Shown in pieces: positions 17,325 through 24,000 of a DNA stretch of 24,000 bases. This stretch comes from Burkholderia cepacia (lineage in GTDB: Bacteria > Pseudomonadota > Gammaproteobacteria > Burkholderiales > Burkholderiaceae): contig NZ_CP013442.1 in assembly GCF_001718835.1 (NCBI RefSeq), positions 628,775 to 652,774 on the forward strand, in the 5' to 3' direction. The notes under the pieces were generated by a model, which was given only the letters and a program-made list of their open reading frames with translations, was not told where the DNA came from and searched no databases. The stretch's first letter is position 1. Every line of letters starts with the position of its first letter. A program made the translations under genes and the position numbers.

Positions 17325-18308
17325 TCAGTTCCGCCCGGTGCTAAGCACCACCTTTCCGGCCACCTTGCGCTGGCGCAGCAGCTCGATTGCGTCCGCAGCC
17401 TCCGACAGTTCCATGACGCGCGACACGTGCGGTGCGAGCTTGCCGGCCTCGAACCAGCCGAACAGCGTGGCGAACGCCTTGCGCACCCAGTCCGGCCGGC
17501 TCGCCCGGTAGTGCCCCCAGTAGAAGCCCATCACGTCGCAGTTCTTGACCAGCAGCAGGTTCGCCGGCACGCGCGGGATCTCACCGCTCGCGAAACCGAT
17601 GACGACGATGCGCGCCTCGGGCGCGACCACCCGCAGGCTGGCGTCGAACGCGGCCCCGCCGACCGGGTCGTACACGACGTTCACCCCCTTCCCGCCGGTC
17701 AGCGCCTTCACCTGCTCGCGAAAATCGTCCCGGCCGGCCTCGATCACGTGGTGCGCGCCGCTGCGGCGGGCAGCCGCCCGCTTGTCCTCCGAGCTCGCCA
17801 CCGCGATCACCGTGGCACCGAGCGCCCGGCCCACTTCGATAGCGGTCAGGCCGGTGCCGCTGCCCGCGCCGTGCACCAGCAGCGTCTCGCCCTCCTGCAG
17901 CTTCGCGCGCCACGTGAGCGCGCCGTACGACGTGCCGTAGGCGATGGCGAAACCTGCGCCGGTCGTGAAATCCATCGACGCTGGCATCCTGAACAGGTTC
18001 GCGGCAGGCAGCACGACCTCGTCCGCGAAGCCGCCCCACGCAAGGATGCCCATCACCCGGTCGCCGACCGACACCGACGTCACGCCGGGCGCCGTCTCGA
18101 CGACCGTGCCCGCAATTTCGAAACCCGGCACGAACGGCAGCGCCGGCTTGGTCTGGTAGCGCCCCTCGACGATCAACGTGTCCGCGAAATTGATGCCGCA
18201 CGCATGCACGTCGATCCGCGCCTCGCCCGCCGCGAGCGGCGCCGACGTCACGTCCCGCAGCGCCAGCGCCCCGGTGCCGTCATAGGCTTCACACACGATC
18301 GCTCGCAT
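17325..18308 (-). CDS. NADPH:quinone oxidoreductase-like medium-chain reductase (zinc-free MDR)
   Basis: The true start is taken as ATG 18306-18308 ([11 protein letters not shown]...), 2 nt after the upstream gene's TGA (TGATCATG). The track ORF 17325..19562 is an upstream run-on in another frame of the DAO gene. Motifs: [43 protein letters not shown]. No zinc-ligand Cys/His pattern is present. Confidence 0.85.
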   Translation of the reverse strand: MRAIVCEAYDGTGALALRDVTSAPLAAGEARIDVHACGINFADTLIVEGRYQTKPALPFVPGFEIAGTVVETAPGVTSVSVGDRVMGILAWGGFADEVVLPAANLFRMPASMDFTTGAGFAIAYGTSYGALTWRAKLQEGETLLVHGAGSGTGLTAIEVGRALGATVIAVASSEDKRAAARRSGAHHVIEAGRDDFREQVKALTGGKGVNVVYDPVGGAAFDASLRVVAPEARIVVIGFASGEIPRVPANLLLVKNCDVMGFYWGHYRASRPDWVRKAFATLFGWFEAGKLAPHVSRVMELSEAADAIELLRQRKVAGKVVLSTGRN

Positions 18309-18310
18309 GA

Positions 18311-19477
18311 TCAAGCCCCGGCCGGCACGTCGTCGGCGCGCGCGCCCGGACGGCCATCCTGCTCGATGCCTGCCGGCCCGGCCGACAGCATGTGTTCGAC
18401 CCGTTCCGCAGCCTCGAGCGCGCATCCCCACGACAACGTCACACCGGCCCCACCATGCGCGTAGTTGTGCAGGATGTGCGTGCCCGATACCGCTTCGAGC
18501 CGCACGTTGCCATGCCTGAACGGCCGCAGCCCGGCCCGCACCGGCTCGCCCGGATCGATCTCGGCGTTCGCGAGCGCGGGCATGAACTCGATGCCCCGCC
18601 GGTACATCCGCCGGATCGGCTCGTGATTGTCGAACCCGATGTCCGTGCTCCATTCGTCGGCTTCCGCGATCGCGCCGAGCACGATGCGGTCCTCGCCGCG
18701 CGGCACGATGAACACGATCTCGTCGACGCCCGTCACGTGGTCGTGTGACACGCAGTGCGCCTGATCGAGGCGCGGGATCCTGCTGCCGTCGTTCACGAGG
18801 CGGATCACGGCGCCGCGCAGCGGATACATCGGCTCGCCGCTCAGCTCGGCCGCCCCGAGGCCCGCGCAGTTGACGATCGCATCGACGCCAAAGTCCGCCT
18901 TCAGGCGCGCCTCGTTCGCCTGCAGGTCGCCTTCGATCCGCTGCTGGATGACCCGGATGTTCTTTGCGATCACCTGACCCAGCAGCCAGGCCATGTAGAC
19001 GTCCGTATCGACCATCGGCGCGAGATGGCAATACGCGTCGACGAGTCCGAAGTCCGGATTCACGCCGTTCTCGCGGATCAGTGCCGGATCGCGCCGGAAA
19101 CCCGGCACGTGCTGGCGGATCTCGTTCATCTTCTCGAGATGGAGCGCGTGCTCCTCGATGCGGTTGCGGAAGTAGAAATTGACCGGACGGATGTAGACGC
19201 CGGTCGCCGGATCGGCCGCGAGCGTCTCGAACTTGCGGAACGAGACCATGCACCAGTGCTTCGAGCGCTCCAGCGAAACCTCGTCGTGGTGATAGCCACA
19301 GACGGCGGGCGGCCATTCCCACAGGGCGCCGGCCACCACCGACGTGATGTTTGGCGCGAATTTCTCGCCGACGACCGTCACGCTGATGCCGCGCTTGTGC
19401 AGGCACAGCGCAGTCGTCAGGCCGGCCACGCCGGCACCTATGACGAGCGCGCGCCCCTTCTCTCCAGGTTCCCTCAT
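18311..19477 (-). CDS. FAD-dependent oxidoreductase, D-amino-acid oxidase (DAO/glycine oxidase) family
   Basis: Has the Rossmann motif ALVIGAGVAGLTTA near the N-terminus and the C-terminal DAO signature HNYAHGGAGVTLSWGCA. I prefer ATG 19475-19477, which has GGAG 5 nt upstream, over the track's GTG at 19504. TGA at 18311-18313. Confidence 0.85.
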   Translation of the reverse strand: MREPGEKGRALVIGAGVAGLTTALCLHKRGISVTVVGEKFAPNITSVVAGALWEWPPAVCGYHHDEVSLERSKHWCMVSFRKFETLAADPATGVYIRPVNFYFRNRIEEHALHLEKMNEIRQHVPGFRRDPALIRENGVNPDFGLVDAYCHLAPMVDTDVYMAWLLGQVIAKNIRVIQQRIEGDLQANEARLKADFGVDAIVNCAGLGAAELSGEPMYPLRGAVIRLVNDGSRIPRLDQAHCVSHDHVTGVDEIVFIVPRGEDRIVLGAIAEADEWSTDIGFDNHEPIRRMYRRGIEFMPALANAEIDPGEPVRAGLRPFRHGNVRLEAVSGTHILHNYAHGGAGVTLSWGCALEAAERVEHMLSAGPAGIEQDGRPGARADDVPAGA

Positions 19478-19578
19478 GTCTTCTCCATGAATCGGTCGCG
19501 CCACGCGACGTCGAGGCGGCCGACAGGAAGCAGCAATGACGGGCGCGCCGCGCCCGCCGCACGGACTACTGCGGATGA

Positions 19579-20754
19579 TCAGCCCCCGGCCGGTGCGTCC
19601 GAGCGCGGAACGCGCTGCCGGATCACCGTCGCGAGACGCTCGATCTCGTCGTCGGGATGGCCTGCGGTGATCAGGACGCGCAGGCGGGCCGTGCCGCGCG
19701 GCACCGTGGGCGGACGGATCGCGGTCACGAAGAAGCCTTCATCGGCAAGCATGCGCGATGCGTTCAGCGTGGCCATCTCGTCGCCGATGATGATCGGCAC
19801 GATCGGAGTCTGCGGCTCGGGGATGCCCAGCGACGCCGCGAACGCCTTCGCTTTCGCGAGCGGCCGCTCGACAAGCGCCGGATCGGTGGCGATGATCTCG
19901 AGCGACGCGATGGTCGCCGCGACCGTCGCCGGGGGTTGGCCCGTCGTCAGTCCATAGGTGCGCGCGCGGTTGCGGATCAAGTCGATCACCGGGGCCGAGG
20001 CTGCGAGGTAGCCGCCGTAGCTGCCCACCGCCTTGCCTAGCGTGCCCATCTTCAGGGGTACGCGCGCGTCGCGCCCGGTCGCGAAGGTCGCGCCGCGCCC
20101 TTGCCCCACGACACCGATGCCGTGCGCGTCGTCGGACATCACCCAGGTGTCAAAACGATCGCCAAGCGCGACCAACTCCTCGAGCGGTGCGATGTCGCCG
20201 TCCTGTGAGAACACGCCGTCGGTCAACAGGATCGCCTTGCCATGCGCGCGCCGGTGCTCGTCCAGCAGCGCCTCGACGTGGGCGAGATCGTTATGCCGGA
20301 ACCCGACGATCCGGCCGCGCGACAACTGCGCGCCCGCCCACAGGCAGCCGTGCGCGAGTTCGTCGATGAGGATCAGATCCTCCTTGCCGACGAGGGCCGG
20401 GACAATGCCCGAGTTCGCGAGGTAACCCGAGCCGAACACGCAGGCGGTCTCCGTGCCCATCAGGCCGGCGAGCCGCGCTTCGAGATCGGCGAACAGCGGG
20501 TGATTGCCGGTCACGAGCCGCGACGCGCCGGCACCGGCCCCATAGCGGCGAATCGCGGCGATCGCCGCTTGCTTCACCACCGGATGCTGGGTGAGATTGA
20601 GGTAGTCGTTGCACGAGAACGAAAGCAGCCGGCGTCCGTCCCGGCGGATCCAGATTCCTTCGCTTCGATCTGTTTCCGTGAGTGCGCGACGCAAGTTCGA
20701 CGCGCTCAGCTCCGCGAGCTTTTGCTCTGCAAATGAATCAAGCGAATGTGTCAC
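19579..20754 (-). CDS. bioF: PLP-dependent alpha-oxoamine synthase (8-amino-7-oxononanoate synthase / BioF-like)
   Basis: 391-aa ORF: GTG start 20752-20754 with purine-rich GAAGAGAGGGA 4 nt upstream. It is colinear with E. coli BioF as recalled from memory: SNDYLNL, GSGYLAN, FRHND, GVFSQDGD, DDAHG, PLP-lysine context TLGKAVG, and IRPPTVPRGTARLR. It is the first gene of the operon. Confidence 0.85.
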   Translation of the reverse strand: MTHSLDSFAEQKLAELSASNLRRALTETDRSEGIWIRRDGRRLLSFSCNDYLNLTQHPVVKQAAIAAIRRYGAGAGASRLVTGNHPLFADLEARLAGLMGTETACVFGSGYLANSGIVPALVGKEDLILIDELAHGCLWAGAQLSRGRIVGFRHNDLAHVEALLDEHRRAHGKAILLTDGVFSQDGDIAPLEELVALGDRFDTWVMSDDAHGIGVVGQGRGATFATGRDARVPLKMGTLGKAVGSYGGYLAASAPVIDLIRNRARTYGLTTGQPPATVAATIASLEIIATDPALVERPLAKAKAFAASLGIPEPQTPIVPIIIGDEMATLNASRMLADEGFFVTAIRPPTVPRGTARLRVLITAGHPDDEIERLATVIRQRVPRSDAPAGG

Positions 20755-20940
20755 TCGGTCCCTCTCTTCCCGATGTTCCGTTCAATGAACATCCGTACCG
20801 CGCTGCCCGCGCGTCCGGCACAAGGTAACGCCATCCCCGCGGGGCGTCGCGGCCATGGGTGCATGTCCATCATCTGAATGCCGGCCCCGATCCGTCGGCG
20901 CGCACTCGGAAAACACCGGGTATTTCCATGAAAAAATACG

Positions 20941-20968
20941 AATATGCATTGATGCACGGCCCCTTCAA
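20941..20968 (-). promoter_or_regulatory. Candidate sigma70-type promoter for the biosynthetic operon
   Basis: Minus strand: TTGAAG (20968-20963), 16-nt spacer, CATATT (20946-20941), about 190 nt upstream of the bioF-like GTG. This is a pattern match only. Confidence 0.2.
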
Positions 20969-21120
20969 TCTCTTGCTCATTTGTGACAGGCACATCGAAT
21001 TCGCAACGGAGTCGCTTAGTGCCTCATACAGACGACACCATTGCGGCTTCGGCGACTTTCGCGCAAGAAAGGTTCGAATTAGGTCGTTTCTCGACCAAAT
21101 CCCAATAAAAGCACTGTTGC

Positions 21121-21161
21121 AATAAAAAACAAGAAACCGACGTGACTCTCAGGCAGTCACG
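21121..21161 (-). terminator. Candidate intrinsic terminator / hairpin upstream of the cluster
   Basis: The minus strand reads CGTGACT-gcctgag-AGTCACG (7-bp stem, 7-nt loop, 21141-21161) followed by tcggTTTcTTgTTTTTTaTT. The stem is short and the U-tract starts 4 nt after it, so confidence is low. No convincing minus-strand gene is seen upstream of it. Confidence 0.3.
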
Positions 21162-21563
21162 AGCCCCGTGATATCAGGCTTATCGATCAAATCAGCGCCA
21201 CATCACTCGGCAATCTTGTTTTCTTAAATATCTCGGTATTGATTTTGAATCTATCTTGCCTGTTAACCGGCATTAGCAAGCCAGGAACTGACTTGATCGG
21301 CCACTGAACCCGGCCCGTTTTGTTTTCCGCACTGAAAAGCGTAAGGGCGTGCCAGAACGACGCACATCAAAGCGCTGGCCGACAGACTCGGGGGAGTTTC
21401 TTCAACGGGACATTGCGATAATGATGCGATCCTCTTTAAACAATCTAAATCTCCGTTAGCTGAAAGCTCATCGAGTCGACAAGGTAGTACACGGCGTTTT
21501 CAAAGTCAACTTTATTGGCATTTTTATGTCGCGCGCGCAAGCGCAAGCATTAAACTCAATATT

Positions 21564-21593
21564 TTGTCGATTTGATTTGAATTTGTTTACAAT
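21564..21593 (+). promoter_or_regulatory. Candidate sigma70-type promoter facing the DUF1697 gene
   Basis: Plus strand: TTGTCG (21564-21569), 18-nt spacer, TACAAT (21588-21593), about 200 nt upstream of ATG 21792. This is a pattern match only. Confidence 0.25.
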
Positions 21594-21791
21594 CTTGCAT
21601 GGCGACATGCCGATTCGTTAGGCCCTGCGATAAATAACAGGAGATTGATCTGAAATTCGATTCAAATTGGGTGATTGACGCCGTTACACGACTCATCACC
21701 GGCGGTATCGGCCGGCGGCATTCACGGCGGAGGACCTTGTTGGTCTTCCTCTATAGAATGGATCCTCCTTCCACCAGAATCCCTTATATCC

Positions 21792-22322
21792 ATGCGTTAC
21801 ATCTGCCTGCTTAGAGGAATCAACGTCAGCGGCCATCGCAAGGTGACAATGAAAGAATTGCTGGAAATGTGCACGGATTTGAAATTCCGGAACGCCGTCA
21901 GCTACTTGCAGAGCGGCAATCTGGTTCTCGAATCGACGCTGAAGGCAGCCGAACTCGAATCAACGCTCGAGCGCGAAATCGCCGACCGTTTCGGCTATGC
22001 CGATGTCTCCGTGATGGCGCTCACCAAGGCCGGCCTCTCGGCCGTGATCGACGCACTACCGAAGCACTGGCGCGAGTACGACCCGTCCAAGCTGCACTTC
22101 TCGTTCCTGAAGATGGCGGGCGCCCAAGCCGGCAGCGCCGCGTCGAAAGACTATCTTCCCGACGAGTACGCGGTCGGCGAGCGCGTGGTCTATGTCCATT
22201 GCCCGAACGGATATGGACGCACCAAGCTGAACAACAGCTTCGTCGAACGGCTGACTGGCACGCAGGCCACGACCCGCAACTGGAACACCACGCACCACCT
22301 GCTTGAACTCGTCGCGGCCTAG
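21792..22322 (+). CDS. DUF1697 family protein
   Basis: The N-terminus MRYICLLRGINVSGHRKVTMKEL...YLQSGNLV is the characteristic DUF1697 start, so ATG 21792 is preferred to the track's upstream TTG at 21675. TAG at 22320-22322. No strong SD is seen. Confidence 0.75.
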   Translation: MRYICLLRGINVSGHRKVTMKELLEMCTDLKFRNAVSYLQSGNLVLESTLKAAELESTLEREIADRFGYADVSVMALTKAGLSAVIDALPKHWREYDPSKLHFSFLKMAGAQAGSAASKDYLPDEYAVGERVVYVHCPNGYGRTKLNNSFVERLTGTQATTRNWNTTHHLLELVAA

Positions 22323-22421
22323 TCGGCGCGGCATCTGAACGACCCAGCGCCAGCTCGCCCAGGGCCAGCGCACGACTATCTGCCCGAGGCGCGCGCGTTC
22401 GCGATCCAGCTTCAGAACTAT

Positions 22422-22688
22422 ATGAACGTGAAGCTGTCTCCCGACGCGGTCGCGCTCGTCTACGAGGAAGTGTTCGGACGTCACGGCAAAATGCATTGGC
22501 TCGTTCATATGAAGACCCCGTCCGACTACGGCCGCCTCCTCGACCTGGTCGATCACGACAAGGCGTTTCAGGATATCTACCAGGAAGACCGTCTGCCCGA
22601 GCGAGGCGGTGGCGACTGGGCGCGGATCTGCGTCCAGGGCAGCTTCCGCGAGCACGTGATCGTGCCGCGGCACGGTTTCGCACGCTAA
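22422..22688 (+). CDS. Small hypothetical protein (88 aa), possibly 5'-truncated
   Basis: Codon usage fits coding sequence and the track gives a protein-like translation (HWLVHMKTPSDYGRLLDLVDHDKAF). No domain was recognised and there is no SD before ATG 22422. The frame stays open and protein-like upstream to the TAG at 22320, with no ATG/GTG/TTG in between. Confidence 0.35.
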   Translation: MNVKLSPDAVALVYEEVFGRHGKMHWLVHMKTPSDYGRLLDLVDHDKAFQDIYQEDRLPERGGGDWARICVQGSFREHVIVPRHGFAR

Positions 22689-22957
22689 GCGATGGACGAA
22701 CCGGATCCGCGCAGCTTGCTTCCTCCCGCGCGTCACCAGATCGCGGACGCTGCCGCAGCGTGCGCGCAGTGCCACAAACCGATGGCCGCCGACGACCTGT
22801 CCTCCACTACGGGGCGCTCGGACGCGCTGCGGCAATGCCGCCGTTGCCGGCGACTGTCCCAGACATCACAAATCTTTTAACTTTCCGTGAGGACTTCGAC
22901 ACCGGCCGCTGACTACGATGGGCGCATGTTTTCAGGACCTGCTGCCAGGAGCCCATC

Positions 22958-23473
22958 ATGCCCACCCGCAGACATCTGCTGTTCGCCGGCGCCACCGGCC
23001 TCGCCGCGCTCGCCGCGCTGACCTCCGCGGGCCGCCGCGCGCTGTTGCGCAGCGCCGTCGCCGCCCCGGCGGCCGGCGGCTTCGAAGTCACCCTCAGCGA
23101 CGCCGAATGGCATCGCCGGCTCACGCCCGCCCAGTACACGGTCCTGCGCGAAGCCGGCACCGAACGGCCGTACACCAGCCCGCTGAACGACGAGCACCGG
23201 CACGGCACGTTCGCGTGCGCCGGCTGCGACCTCGCGCTGTTCTCGTCGGCCACCAAGTTCGACAGCCATACGGGCTGGCCGAGCTTCTGGAAGCCGCTCG
23301 ACCACGCGGTCGCCACCCACACCGACGCGTCGTTCGGGATGATCCGCACCGAAGTGCACTGCCGCCGCTGCGGCGGCCATCTCGGCCACGTGTTCGACGA
23401 CGGCCCGCCGCCGACCGGCCTGCGCTACTGCATGAACGGCCTCGCCCTCACGTTCCATCCGACCCCGGCCTGA
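22958..23473 (+). CDS. msrB: Peptide-methionine (R)-S-oxide reductase MsrB with twin-arginine signal peptide
   Basis: AGGAG lies 6 nt upstream of ATG 22958. The N-terminus [21 protein letters not shown] is a Tat-type motif. SelR domain features: the two zinc CxxC pairs ([17 protein letters not shown]), GWPSF, and the catalytic RYCMN. Confidence 0.9.
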   Translation: MPTRRHLLFAGATGLAALAALTSAGRRALLRSAVAAPAAGGFEVTLSDAEWHRRLTPAQYTVLREAGTERPYTSPLNDEHRHGTFACAGCDLALFSSATKFDSHTGWPSFWKPLDHAVATHTDASFGMIRTEVHCRRCGGHLGHVFDDGPPPTGLRYCMNGLALTFHPTPA

Positions 23474-23504
23474 TCCCGCCCCGAAACCCCACGGAGACTG
23501 CCTC

Positions 23505-24000
23505 ATGCTGCTCATCGTCCTTGCCTATCTCGGCGGCGTGCTCACGATCCTGAGCCCGTGCATCCTGCCCGTGCTGCCGTTCGTGTTCGCGCGCGCCGAC
23601 CAGCCGTTCGTCCGCACCGGCCTGCCGCTGCTGGCCGGCATGGCGCTCACGTTCGCCGTCGTCGCGACGCTCGCGGCCGTCGGCGGCGGCTGGGTCGCGC
23701 AGGCCAACCAGGCCGGCCGCTGGGTCGCCATCGTGCTGCTCGCGGTGTTCGGCCTGACGTTGCTGATGCCGCGCCTCGCGGAGCACCTGACGCGCCCGCT
23801 CGTCGCCGCCGGCAACCGCCTCACCGGCTTCGCGCAACGCGACGGCCGCCCGGCCGGCCCCGCGTCGTCGCTGCTGCTCGGCGTCGCGACCGGCCTGCTG
23901 TGGGCGCCGTGCGCGGGCCCGATCCTCGGGCTCGTGCTGACCGGCGCCGCGCTGCGCGGTGCAAGCGTCGGCACGACGCTGCTGCTGGTCGCGTATGCGG
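23505..24000 (+). CDS. ccdA: CcdA/DsbD-family thiol-disulfide transporter membrane protein (3' end off-window)
   Basis: This ORF is not in the supplied track because it has no stop within the window. My translation from ATG 23505 (GGAG 8 nt upstream) is open to 24000: MLLIVLAYLGGVLTILSPCILPVLPF...LLWAPCAGPILG. It is hydrophobic and carries the two conserved Cys-Pro motifs (SPCxLP and APCxGP) of the DsbD_2/CcdA family. Confidence 0.85.
   Translation, partial: MLLIVLAYLGGVLTILSPCILPVLPFVFARADQPFVRTGLPLLAGMALTFAVVATLAAVGGGWVAQANQAGRWVAIVLLAVFGLTLLMPRLAEHLTRPLVAAGNRLTGFAQRDGRPAGPASSLLLGVATGLLWAPCAGPILGLVLTGAALRGASVGTTLLLVAYA

Noticed and set aside
19541-19555. A GC palindrome, GGGCGCG-C-CGCGCCC, in the 101-nt gap between the bioF-like and DAO-like genes, considered as a possible internal terminator.
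   Set aside because: No U-tract follows it on the minus strand, and such GC palindromes are expected by chance at this composition. At most it is an intercistronic stabilising hairpin.
18309-19562. The N-terminal 417 aa of the track ORF 17325..19562, which would make a 745-aa reductase.
   Set aside because: That part is an alternative frame across the DAO-family gene and has no recognisable motifs. The MDR homology begins at Met 18308, which is tightly coupled to the DAO stop.
20971-20990. A possible LuxR-type (cep/lux box) site on the minus strand: CCTGTCACAAATGAGCAAGA.
   Set aside because: Only the CCTGT half-site is present and the 3' half lacks the complementary ACAGG. It is not palindromic, so it is not supportable without a matrix scan.
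20751-21125. ORFs 20751..20993 (-) and 20859..21125 (+) in the AT-rich gap, and several 16-56 codon mini-ORFs further right, including one after the AGGAG at 21639.
   Set aside because: They have no SD at an appropriate distance, no canonical start (for the AGGAG case) and no recognisable domain. One overlaps the bioF-like start. They are kept only as part of the intergenic-region finding.
22320-22322. TAG read-through or recoding that would fuse DUF1697 to the downstream ORF.
   Set aside because: There is no evidence for stop-codon recoding machinery or context. A truncated remnant is the simpler explanation.
22021-22835. Minus-strand ORFs 22056..22835 and 22021..22683, and the plus-strand ORF 21869..22306.
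   Set aside because: They are antisense to or out of frame with the DUF1697 gene and the small ORF, and have no motifs. The DUF1697 frame has a clear family signature.
22807-23974. ORFs overlapping msrB and the ccdA-like gene (22807..23349 -, 22913..23515 -, 22918..23553 +, 23448..23837 -, 23525..23974 -).
   Set aside because: These are shadow frames. The MsrB and CcdA frames carry diagnostic motifs and good SD sequences.
1-24000. A search by eye for tRNA/rRNA genes, CRISPR repeats-spacers, IS/transposase genes or terminal inverted repeats flanking the cluster.
   Set aside because: None were recognised. The only long repeat is the intragenic AT cassette, which is coding and in direct orientation, so it is not a mobile element.

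Overview
This is a very GC-rich window with Burkholderia-like codon usage (organism assignment is inference). One long minus-strand operon (20754 -> 1) dominates it and reads as an orphan hybrid NRPS-PKS biosynthetic gene cluster. In transcription order it encodes a BioF-like alpha-oxoamine synthase, a DAO-family flavoprotein, a quinone-oxidoreductase-like MDR reductase, a full-length BioB (biotin synthase) paralogue and a NodU/CmcH carbamoyltransferase. These are followed by a 2673-aa NRPS-PKS (truncated C-A-T-KS-AT-DH-KR-ACP) and a 2132-aa PKS (KS-AT-DH-ER-KR-ACP, no TE). The PKS stop codon sits at window positions 1-3, so the assembly line may continue off-window. The two megasynthases share a 1376-bp, 12-mismatch, indel-free direct repeat that exactly covers the KS-AT linker, AT domain and post-AT linker. 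Upstream of the operon lies a ~1 kb visibly AT-rich non-coding gap. Beyond it are plus-strand housekeeping-type genes: DUF1697, a small hypothetical, a Tat-signal MsrB, and a window-truncated CcdA/DsbD-like membrane protein that is absent from the ORF track. Most other track ORFs are high-GC shadow frames. Main hypothesis (inference): the biotin-pathway look-alike cassette (AONS + carbamoyltransferase + reductase + BioB, with no BioA or BioD) off-loads or tailors the polyketide, possibly towards a ureido/thioether, biotin-like metabolite. No tRNA, rRNA, CRISPR array or IS element was recognised.
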